Origin: Felis catus
Taxonomy: Eukaryota
Direction: 5' to 3'
Length of the DNA: 64,000 nt
Assembly (NCBI RefSeq): GCF_018350175.1
Contig: NC_058368.1
Location: 201,502,001 to 201,566,000, forward strand
Part shown: positions 26,126-36,947 of the stretch, piece after piece
How positions within the stretch are numbered: position 1 is the stretch's first letter
Layout: each line of letters begins with the position of its first letter
Position numbers and translations under genes: made by a program
The notes under the pieces: generated by a model
Database searches by the model: none
Seen by the model: the letters and a program-made list of their open reading frames with translations, nothing else
Told to the model about the DNA's origin: nothing

Positions 26126-26399
26126 TCAGTGAGTCCTTTGTGATTGATAGTGAGCCCTTTGACGGTTTGCACTGCATTGAGGAAGGTGCCATGGGGACAG
26201 AGAAGAGGAGTTCAGATGAATGAAAGATTTTTATCTGAAGTGAGGTTTGCTGATCTCAAGATTGTTGGGCTTGATCCGTGAAAAGTTGGAAAAATCCCAA
26301 AGATCTTGTGAAAAGTAGGAGGTATTTGTTCTGTTTTCTTAGACACAATTGTAAATATCTCCCAGGACAAGAATCATGGTTAATAATAATTGATCAACT

Positions 26400-26620
26400 G
26401 GGGCACCTGGGTGGTGCAGTCGGTTAAGCCTCCGACTTCGGTTCAGGTCATGATCTCACCATTTGTGGGTTTGAGCCCCGCATTGGGCTCTATGCTGACA
26501 GCTCGGAGCCTGGAGCCTGCTTCCGATTCTGGATTCTGTGTCTCCGTGTCTCTCTCTGCCCCTCCCCCACTTGTGCTCTGTCTCTCTATCAAAAATAAAT
26601 AAAATGTAAATAAATAAATA
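26400..26620 (+). mobile_element. CAN-SINE (SINEC, felid type)
   Basis: TSD aataattgatcaa on both sides. Confidence 0.95.
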
Positions 26621-27602
26621 AATAATTGATCAATCAAGCTATCATGAGGTATTTATTAAATATATAATGTGTATGCAGCACTATATTCCAGAAAAGTGAG
26701 GTGTGCCAAGGAAAATAGTGATCGAAATGAATGTTTTGGTTTTAGTATTTCCACTATGTACACAGACTTCTCGTCTACAAAGTGGAATAATAGCCGCACA
26801 GTTCTTTGAAAGAACCAAAGATAAAAATCAAGATTATGTAAATTAGGTAATTGTCAAACTGTAGTTGCTATATGATCACATTTTATTATTTTAAAAAGAT
26901 TTTTATGTTTAGAAGAAATGCATATTTATAAAAGTGCCAAATACAAAAGTGTCTAAGAAAAATGAATCTATATTTGAATGCTAGTTTATGTGCAGTGAAA
27001 TTGTTCAGTCTCCTTACTTGTGTCTGGGTTACCTTTGAAAACGAATTGCCCATGACACTTTTGGGAAAGATTTCATCATATTGTAAACAACTCATTTTCT
27101 TTTTAGAACTTCAGCTCTGCAATTTTCGTTCCATACATATCTTCTCTTTTATGTCCTGTGAAACCTCCAAAAAATAGATGCCTACATTTTTGCTTTTGTT
27201 AAATATGACCATTTTTTGTCCATTGATCTCGATTCTGTATTCCATGATGCTTATGATAGGAATTAGTACCTTTTACTATTCAGCCTAATGTGCATTTCTA
27301 CGTAAGTCAGTTGGTTACTCTTTCCCAACCTAATAGCTAGAACATAGCATCAAGAAAATATTATGGCGTTTTAAACAAATACATATTTTTAGATTACTGA
27401 AGTAAAACTCAGTGACAAAAAGCAGACCCTTTTAGTTTTCTGCCGGAAAATTGCTTTTAAAATTACTTTATATTGAGTTTAAAGTCATTTTAAGAGTGAA
27501 ACGTCTCCATTTTAATCAATGTAAGTATTTCAAACTAGATGAAAATCAAACATGTTTCATTTTCATTTTTCAAAAATGAATGTTCTATTAACTTAGTTTT
27601 TA

Positions 27603-27823
27603 TTTTTTTTTCAATTTTTTTTTCAACGTTTATTTATTTTTGGGACAGAGAGAGACAGAGCATGAACGGAGGGGCAGAGAGAGAGGGAGACACAGAATCA
27701 GAAACAGGCTCCAGGCTCTGAGCCATCAGCCCAGACCCTGACGCGGGGCTCGAACTCACGGACCGCGAGATCGTGACCTGGCTGAAGTCAGACGCTTAAC
27801 CGACTGCGCCACCCAGGCGCCCC
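27603..27823 (-). mobile_element. Young SINEC_Fc-type SINE
   Basis: CpG-rich, near-consensus sequence; perfect 15-bp TSD ttaacttagttttta at 27588-27602 and 27824-27838. Confidence 0.97.
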
Positions 27824-30800
27824 TTAACTTAGTTTTTAAACTCAATATAAAAATCTTTTAAAATTTAAAATTTCTCTTCAGACTTTTTTTTTTTATTCTC
27901 CAGGAGTTCTCATTTATCAGATCATAAATGGTATAGATACATATATATGTATGTGGTGTATATATGTATATTCAATATCTTATACTGAGTTTCAAGTAAG
28001 TTAATTTTATGTAATACATATGCATATATATAAGCCTAAAATACATATATAACCACACACATAGAAAGAGAAAAGATTCTCACAGGACAATCTCAAGGCT
28101 ACAGAAATGGATCACAGAACACAGCAACCAATATCTTCAGTCAGTTTCCAAACTATAATTGCGATGTTTTTACAACAAAAATCATTAGAAAATAAAGGAT
28201 TTTATGTACATTATATTCTCACTTTTTGTTCAGTATTTGGGGGTTATTTAAAGGACTTCATTTGCTTATTCCATTTCATTTGATTCAATGGCAGGTATCT
28301 GGCCCTTAGCACACAATGCAATCCCCTATCTATCTTACTACTAACAAACACACAACAATGAAACAAAACAGCAATGTTTTTATCACATCTATTCTACATA
28401 CACAAACACATTCACACATATTTTGTTTAGCTTATTTCTTCCTTATTTTTGCCATGTTGTCTCTTTAGGTGTAGCTAAAGCTCTGTATCTCTGCTTTGTT
28501 TGGAGATTTGCTTTCTTCAGACCCTCCTCCGATATTTCTGGATCTCACAGCCCCCAGTCGGTGCTCTTTTCTTTTGGAATAGTTCACCAAACTGTAGCTG
28601 TGTGGGAATTGATTGGGAGTGCCTCTGTAGCTTGGCACTCAACGGGGAAGTACTACCAACCAAGTCATCGATATGTGTTCCCACATGGCTGGCTACTCTT
28701 ATGTCCACTCGAAGATTCTCTATCAGAAACATCTGAGTCAGAATAAATGCTCTGGAGCTGGGACCCGGTCTTCCTGTATTTTGTCCTTTTCCTCTGATGG
28801 TACTGGAGCAAGCCCCACAGAAAATAAATCTTAGGTACAAGGGAGAAGACTAGAAAAATTAAACCATGCTCTATCATCACCAGTTGAAGTGCCTATAAAA
28901 ATTTGGAGCAATTACTTTGTTAATGACTTCGCTGAGGGTAAGCCTCCAAGAAGCTCTGGTCATAGAATCACAATGGCTGCAGCTGCGTGAGGCTGGGTGG
29001 TTTCAACTTTCAGGCAACTCTTTGAACATAGTATTTTTATTTCAGTTCATATCTCTGGAGTTTCCATATGAATAAACTCTAAGACTCAAAGCAAAGCTCA
29101 GCACACTGAGAGTAACAGTTCCATCTGAAACCAGGAATCACAGGCAATGTGTGCAGAAGGTGACCCAGGTTGGTGGAGGAACATTCGGACCTCTTCAAGC
29201 CATTTAATAGGACAGAGCTGCATATTGCAGGGTATTTCTTAGAAAAAGTGCTGAGTTTTGTCTGCTTTGGGGTTTCACAGCCATGGTTGTGCGCAGATGT
29301 GACAATGACTATGGATTTCACTAAGGGAATATGTTTGCTGTTCACCAGTTTGGGCCATACCTATCTTAGAATTGAACGTAAGGGAATAAAACCCATCATG
29401 TCAAAAACGTTGGAGGGGGGGGAAAGTCAGTGTACACATTAAGAAGAAAAAGTAGTCTAATAGCCCTTGCAACAAATAAATTCTTTGGTGAAATCATTCA
29501 CAAAAATTGAAAAAGAATCAGATAGCCTGGGTTTGTACTTCCGTACATGAAATGGTAGAAATTAAAAAAAAGAAATTAAGCCCTAAGTTTCCTCACAATT
29601 TGTGTTGCTGCTTATTTAAACTCATAAAGAAACGAGAAGATGAAAGGTCAAATTATGAGCTTATCACTGAAAATCTACTAATAGCATTACAAAAATTAAA
29701 TTTCAAGAAAAAAAAGAGGAAGTTTTGCTACTTAAGTGTATTTCCATGGGTTTTGTGTTGTGGTTGTTGTTTTATCGACATTGATGTTGCTGTTTTCCAA
29801 AGTCCATATATGAATCCCAGACATGTAACCCAAGAGTCTTTCAAGTCAGTGTTTATCCAAGGGTTTTAAAAGAGCAGATTTTACGAATCTTATTTTGTTC
29901 AAGTCTAAATATTTTAAGTTCCTCTAGTTCTAGCAGCTAAGAAATAATTAGTTTAACAGATTTCTGCCATCAGTCTAGCTGTATGCAGTAAGGGCAATTA
30001 TGAAAATACGAAATGGATATTTGCCTCCTTTAAAATTTGAAATATTTTTGTAAGAAAAATGATTGAATCCAACATAAGTCTTGTCAAACCTCATCTGTTC
30101 TTGAAAGCTGAGTACACGGTTTGGTTTTAAAGATAGCAGCGAGGCATTAAATAAAGGAGATGGAATCACGAAATCTAAGATGATTCCTAACGCTTAAGCA
30201 CTCTCGAAAGTCATGACTAAGGGGAAAATGGAAGTATTTTAGTGGGTATTTAGAGTCAACCTTACAAAGCCCTCTAACAACGGAGAGAATTCTATAAAAC
30301 TAAACATTTTGTCTTTGGACATAAACACATTTTGAAAATTTTAAGTATCCTATACGGAGGACAAACACATTGATTTGGATTTGTGAAAGGATTATGTTTG
30401 CGGGATGACTACACAGCACACTGAAGGATGAAGTAATTCATAAGGAAACACTTTAGAATATAAATACTATATCCAGTTTTAAAACATGCATAATGCATGG
30501 TACTTGTGATTCCATGATAATCGTATTCACTTGCAGCTGATTCTTTTTTCACCCCGCGTTCTCCTAATCACTGTACCATAGAATGAGAGGAACAGAGCCT
30601 AACCCCTTCACATTACAGACGAGAAAATAGAGCTAAAATAAAATTTAAAATACAATAGGGCAATCCAGTGGGAAAATTCTCTAAGCAGTTAAGAATAATA
30701 TGCTTAACATGGAGACCTTGATTTCTGTCATTCTCCTTTGTGGTAAAAGTAACTCTGCTGTGCTGGAGACAAATCCAAAAGCACACCCTGAAGGTACAAA

Positions 30801-30909
30801 GACAAGGAAATAAATAAGGAATTGCGAATCTAAAGGCAATGCAGAGACCATGCAAGTTAGATTTTCGCTGACCTTTCTTCAGGTTAAGAGCAAGAAGTTT
30901 GGTGTTAGT

Positions 30910-31100
30910 AACCTGAAATTGCAGCCCCAGGGCTATCTGCCATATATTTGTTGATTGACTAACCTGTGCTTTCTTCGTCTCTGTTTCCCTGTCTCCAGAA
31001 TGACATATTAATATCTACCCTGCCTATGTAACAAGGCCATCGTGAAGAACAAACGAGACAAAGGATTTGAAAGGCTTTGTAAGTTCCCAGGCATCACGAA
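30910..31100 (+). mobile_element. MIR
   Basis: 'ctaacctgtgct..tctctgtttccctgtctccagaatgac..taatatctaccctgccta..aaggatttgaaaggctttgtaa'. Confidence 0.7.
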
Positions 31101-32527
31101 ATGATCGTGCTCTTAGTGTTGGTACCACTTACGAGTCTGCATTGCTTCGGGTCAGACTTGTTGCCAAATGACACCAAATTGAGTTTCTGGAGGACAGCCA
31201 GTTGATAAACATTGAAATGAAGGTATGCTTTCAATAAGTCACACCTGTAGCCATCTTTCACTGTTCAACTGACAACTGGGCCTTGCTTCATATTACTTGG
31301 CAAACCTCACTTCTTCAGAACCCTCTCTGGAACAATGTAAGGCTGCCAGTGCCTCTGCGAATCCTCAGCAAAAAGAGCAATCCTCTTTGCTTTCTCATTT
31401 GCATATTATTTTTTAATATCATCTTAGCCTTGCAACTGTGCACTACGCGGGTCTGGATTTTTCAAACAAAACAACAACGTAAAAGAGTAAAGGCAACAAG
31501 TTCTATATTGAAAGAGCTACCATGGAGTAGAGGAGTAAAGCTTGCAAAAAGCAGGTATCCAATGCCTGTTCGAATGACAGGGAGGAGAGGCTAACATAAG
31601 TGGATTCCTAGCTTCCAAAGGAGTTAAAAATGAAACAGCTCCAGCTTAAAATCAATATGAAATTCTATAGGCAGCCTTTACAAAGAAATCAAGGCAAGCA
31701 TAATATGATCTCGGCGCTCACTCTCGGGAAGAAACGATCACTCCTTCGTGCAGCTCTAGCTAAATGCAAAAGCCAAGTCCTCCTAAAAGCCCCCCCAAAA
31801 TGGAATTACTGCAATCAGGCACTGTGGTCAGGAGGGCATGGCTGAGATTGATGAGGTTATCAAGAGACAAATAAGGAGCGAGCCTATACAAATTGCGGAG
31901 CAGAAAAAGAAAACAGGTTCACGTAGCATATCATTAACAGTTTTCTTTCGAGGGATAGAATCAGATTTCCGCTTAGCCTATCAATGGACTTCCATATATG
32001 CAAACTCAATTAAACAAGAGATGGAAGGAGCCCCACCATCCCACTCAGAATGGCCCCCATCAGTCAGATTTGGTTTTCTAAGTGCTGATCACAAGTGGCC
32101 CTCCCTATCTGACTTCAGTGAGTTACGATGGACTCTCCATAGCTCTATGGATGGGGCAGCCCTGAGTATAAAAAGCAAGGAAAGAAAATATAAGCTTCAC
32201 CTCGCTGCACATACATGTACATATTTTTTAAATGCCTCAAGGTAAATCAGAGACATTGAGTAGTTAAAGAATTGACATTTTTATAATCTTTTATCAGGGG
32301 ATCCTTGTTGTAGACCCTTTTGAATGGTTGAATCTGCTACTTTGGATAAAGTCTTTCAAACATAGACATAACACTAGGAGAAACCCCAGAGAGTGCTCTA
32401 GTTTGGAATCCTCATTTAAGACCGGACTGACTATTATGTTCATCTTCATGTTTGTTTATCAATATAGGCATTCAAGAGGACCTAGGGAAGTAGCTTTTGC
32501 TGGTACCTGAATTAAGAATATGGCTTC

Positions 32528-32734
32528 GGGGGCACCTGGGTGGCTCAGTTGATTGAGCATCCAACTCTTGATTTTGGTTCAGGTCATGATCTCAGGGTCT
32601 TGGGATCGAGCTCCATGTCAGGCTCTGCACCTAGTGTGAAGCCTCCTAAAGATTCTCTCTCTCTCTCCCCCTCTGCCCCTCTCCCCTACTCACACTCTCT
32701 CTCTTTCTAAAATAATATTTAAAGTTTAAAATAA
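32528..32734 (+). mobile_element. CAN-SINE (older carnivore type)
   Basis: TSD aagaat(a/g)tgg(c/t)ttc at 32514-32527 and 32735-32748. Confidence 0.95.
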
Positions 32735-35010
32735 AAGAATGTGGTTTCTTTCTTTACCAATAGTTACCCAAGAAGAATGCCATCTTAGGGGAAATGTTGA
32801 GAATCAAATACCTTCATCTGTTGCCTTGACAGATTAGGCAGTGTCAATATTCCTGGAACCCCTTTATTTCTGGGAAAAAAGTAGGGAAAAAAAAGAAGTC
32901 AATACAATGTATTGTCTCTGCCCTTACAGCAGAAGAGCAGAGCAACAGATTTCTGTTTCTTCCAAGTCCCTTCTGTAGGAGCCGAGGCCTTCTTGGAAAG
33001 CAAGGTGGGGAGAACTGTTATCAAGGGAGAGAGTGCACATGCACTAGAACCACATAAGCCCAGAGGAGCTCACTGTGGCAATGAGAGCCCGAGAAAGACA
33101 ATCAGGGGCCTACTGAATAAGATATTGCCCCTATCAGATATTGAGGATTCGTTCATAGAGGGCTTCCCACGATTTCTCCTACTTTCTTTTATTTTCTCTC
33201 CTTTAAAACCTCATTTTCACCCAAACCACAAGTTTTGGGTATTATATCTCTACTATTTTGGAAGTGACATATTTTATATAACACATTAGTGGAGTAAAGC
33301 CAAAAATCAAATTAGCTTAAATTGAAAAGCAAACAATATTCATTTTTACACATTTTCTAGAACTGAAGAACACATTTATTTTAAGTCTTTATTCTAAAGG
33401 CTGTTTATATCATAGCTAATAATAGTTGTGATATATGACTTAGGAGAGATGTCTGTGTGTTTTTTTTAATTGCTGCTTCATTTTTTCCTGTAAAGACGAT
33501 TTTGATAAGTGATCTTCTCTGAAAGTTGGGAACGTAGGGGAAGATTAATCTAGCCCAGCAGAGAAACTAAAGTGGCAAAAATTGATTAAGGCATTAAAAT
33601 ATCTACAGTATGCCTAGAAAATATGAGCTGTCTCTAAATGGTCCCAGTAAATCACAAACCAAACTCGAAGGAAGCAGTTAAGAAGAGCTTCCCTAGTAAT
33701 AGAAAAGTTTTCAAGGTAAAGTATTTGGAAAGTGTCATTTTATTTTTATATACTGTGCGATTAGAGAGAAATATTTACACAGCTACAACCCAGTCTTTTC
33801 TCCCTAGTTTTTCAGGAAAGAAAAATATCCCTAATGCACAGGTAATATTTACAATGTAGATAATTGTGTAGATATGTTATATTCCTACATATAAACAAAC
33901 AAATACATTTTGTACTACCTGTGGCCAATTATGTGATGTGATGGAACGGGAGAAATCTCTCAAAATCCACTGCCCCATAGATTGACTCATAAGCCCCCTA
34001 TCCTGCCTGAAACTCCTCCAACTTTGTATTTCTCTTCTAAGATTTAGAAATATTTTCTAAATTACTCAGTCAGAAAATAACGTTACTTGGGAAAGACCTT
34101 GTGAGGAGGGGCAAAGCCATTAGCATTCCTGTTTATATTTGCACATTTACCACATTAGTTGACTTTGATCTAAGAAACTAATGAAATTTGTTTTGGGAGG
34201 TGGGAAAGAGTTGAAACATTTTTTTTTTCCATGAGGCAAACAGGTCACGTATGACCTCACAATGGTGGTCCAGGGAGAAAGCGGCAAAGTTGTGAGCATT
34301 TGGGAGATTTCAAAGTAGGTCAAAGCAGCCTAAAAATAGAACTGAAATCGAGTTTTCTCACTTGAACTGGGCTCACAGTGGCTCTCTCAAAATTCTTGAT
34401 TTAACTCTTTTGGTCTCATTTGCATTGTCTCACATATTCCTCAGGAAAATGACACTAAATATTTTAGCTTTCTTCAGTCTCCGCATATCTGTCCTCTCAC
34501 TCTGAACAGATTAGCCCATTATGTTTACTTTCCTTTGAAGAACAAAACCACTGCAGTGAATATCTCCTCTATACTTTGGGCTCAGCCTCACTTCCAGAGC
34601 AACCCTTGCTCCCTTGCTATGAGCTGACCGCCCCCCCCCCCCCAGTGCCTTTTGGAGACACTGCCTATTACCACCTCACTCTTCCTCATGGTGAACTTCT
34701 CCCCTCTTTCCACTGCCCTCAATACCATACTTGGAGAAACATTATTCTATTACTCAGTCCTGAAGTTCTCTTTTCCACCATTTTTTGTCTCTTCTTTCCC
34801 TGTTAGACTTTTATCGTAGTTATATTTTCTGCCTCCACCTCCTATTCAAGTTTTCCATTCTGGCTGTGACCCATGAGCCAATTGATTGAATATTTAATAA
34901 TTACCTTTTGTATTAGGAACTTCTTCGTAAAGTGCATATGTTAAAATTCCCCCATTACATTTATTCTGTTGCTTAGCACTGATATTCCTGAGTTTAAACA
35001 CTGAACCGGT

Positions 35011-35227
35011 GAGGTGCCTGGGTGGCTCTGTCGGTTAGGCATCCGACTTTGGCTCAGGTCATGATCTCACGCTTTGTGAGTTTGAGCTCCACTTCGGGTT
35101 CTGTGTTGATATCTCAGAGCCTGGAGCCTGTTTCAGATTCTGTGTCTCCCTCTCTCTCTGTTTCTCTCTCTCTCTCTCTCTCTCAAAAATAAATAAAAGT
35201 TTAAAAAAAGTAAGAAAACAAAAAGAA
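35011..35227 (+). mobile_element. CAN-SINE (SINEC)
   Basis: TSD aaacactgaac(c/t)gg at 34996-35009 and 35228-35241. Confidence 0.95.
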
Positions 35228-35813
35228 AAACACTGAACTGGCACAGTGAGCTCAGAGGTTTCATCAGGCTGAGATGGAATGAAGTTTTTCTCTTATACTA
35301 TAAGTAACCTTCTATTATAGTGCAAAGAATTCAAAGCACTCTGCTCCAACTGTCTTCTGAGAGAAGCTTCCGCATTAACCACATCTCAACAGATCCAGAC
35401 AGGTCCAAACACGTCCCTAATGTTCTGTTTCTAAGGTTGAGACAGAAGACTGGCCATCCCATCTCTTGACATCAGCTGCCAAGAAGCCAGAAATACTGTA
35501 GAGTAAAATGGGCAGACTATACTGTCAGTCAGACTCAGCAGAAAATGCATTAAATTTTTTAAAGTAATGTGTTTTTTAATGGATCATAGAAAACCTCACT
35601 AGAAATTCCTGGGATTCAAAATTATTCATCACAACAGTGAAGACTTGAAGCCATAGTTACCTAAAGAATAATTTCAGTAAGAGGACATATGGAGGCACAA
35701 ATTTTTCTGGATGACTAAGTGAATTATTTTCCTGGATCCATAGTTATATGACAATCTCTGTATGCTCTACAAATGAAAGAATTATCCATGGCTAGAATCA
35801 GGGATTCACATGC

Positions 35814-35815
35814 TG

Positions 35816-35860
<45 letters not shown>
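35814..35860. repeat. (GT)n microsatellite
   Basis: Read directly from the sequence. Confidence 0.97.
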
Positions 35861-35862
<2 letters not shown>

Positions 35863-36295
35863 TTAAAGACTGTCAAGAAAAAAAAAATCCTTTGCTTTCT
35901 GAACTATTGAGATTCTCTTCTGAGTAATAGATACCTGTTCTTGCAATCCTATTTGCTCTGCCTCTTCAGGAATAATTTTTTTAAAACAGCAATAATGTAT
36001 AAACAGATCAGTTAACGAAAAGGAAATTTTTTATGTCTCAAACTACATAGGTAAAAGCTCACCAGATTCAGCATCAAAAGTATTTACCAACTTTCTTCTC
36101 ACAGATGGGCACATCCATGTAGGCAGGCTTCAGGCACAACTAACATACTGATCAACTGCCTTTTTCATTACTGAGAAAATGCTTAAGAACAATTTAGGAT
36201 ATTTATTTCTTCATCACCAATCTTTTCTTCTCTTTCTAAATTATGGATGAGCCAAAATATTGATAAAACTTACATTCTATTAATTTAATTAAAAA

Positions 36296-36548
36296 CTTCC
36301 TCCCTTCCTTCCTTCCCTCCTTCCTTCCTTCCTTCCCTCCTTCCTTCCTTCCTTTCTTCCTTCTTGATTTGAGAGCGAGGAGAGCATGCACGAGCAGGGA
36401 GAAAGGCAAAGGGAGAGGAGAGAATCTTAAGCAGGTTCTATGCTCAGCACAGAGCCCCACAGGGGTCTCTATCCCTCGACCCTGGGATCATTACCTGAGC
36501 CAAAATCACTAGTCAGATGCTCAGCTGGCTGAGCCATCCAGGCGCCCC
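36296..36548 (-). mobile_element. CAN-SINE whose tail has become a (GGAA)n microsatellite
   Basis: Antisense head ends ggcgcccc at 36548; (TTCC)n at 36296-36362. Confidence 0.93.
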
Positions 36549-36706
36549 TTCCTGTAAAACTTTCATTATAATACCAACATTTTAATTAAAATAGCTAGAG
36601 ATTAGTAATCACTGCTAGGTCAAATTCTCTCAAATCACTAGCCAGAATATTCTTTAGTATTCCTATACTAGAACTTCCCTGAAAACAGTTTAATAACATA
36701 CTTTTG

Positions 36707-36947
36707 GGGGCGCCTGGGTGGCGCAGTCGGTTAAGCGTCCGACTTCAGCCAGGTCACGATCTCGCGGTCCGGGAGTTCGAGCCCCGCGTCAGGCTCTGGG
36801 CTGATGGCTCAGAGCCTGGAGCCTGTTTCCGATTCTGTGTCTCCCTCTCTCTCTGCCCCTCCCCCGTTCATGCTCTGTCTCTCTCTGTCCCAAAAATAAA
36901 TAAATGTTGAAAAAAAAAATTAAAAAAAAAATAAAATAAAATAAAAA
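36707..36947 (+). mobile_element. Young SINEC_Fc-type SINE
   Basis: Near-consensus sequence with CpGs intact and a long A tail; perfect TSD aataacatacttttg at 36692-36706 and 36948-36962. Confidence 0.97.

Noticed and set aside
28517..28880. Minus-strand ORFs, one with a hydrophobic segment, basic patch and Ser-rich tail
   Set aside because: Superficially membrane-protein-like, but I cannot match it to any protein and it has no convincing acceptor or promoter context.
29974..29985. 12-nt match (tctagctgtatg) to the 3' part of miR-9-5p
   Set aside because: The seed and 5' half are absent and there is no hairpin; chance match.
31283..32245. Chain of plus-strand ORFs (103, 71 and 135 aa)
   Set aside because: No recognisable homology or coding-like composition; covered instead as a possible regulatory block.
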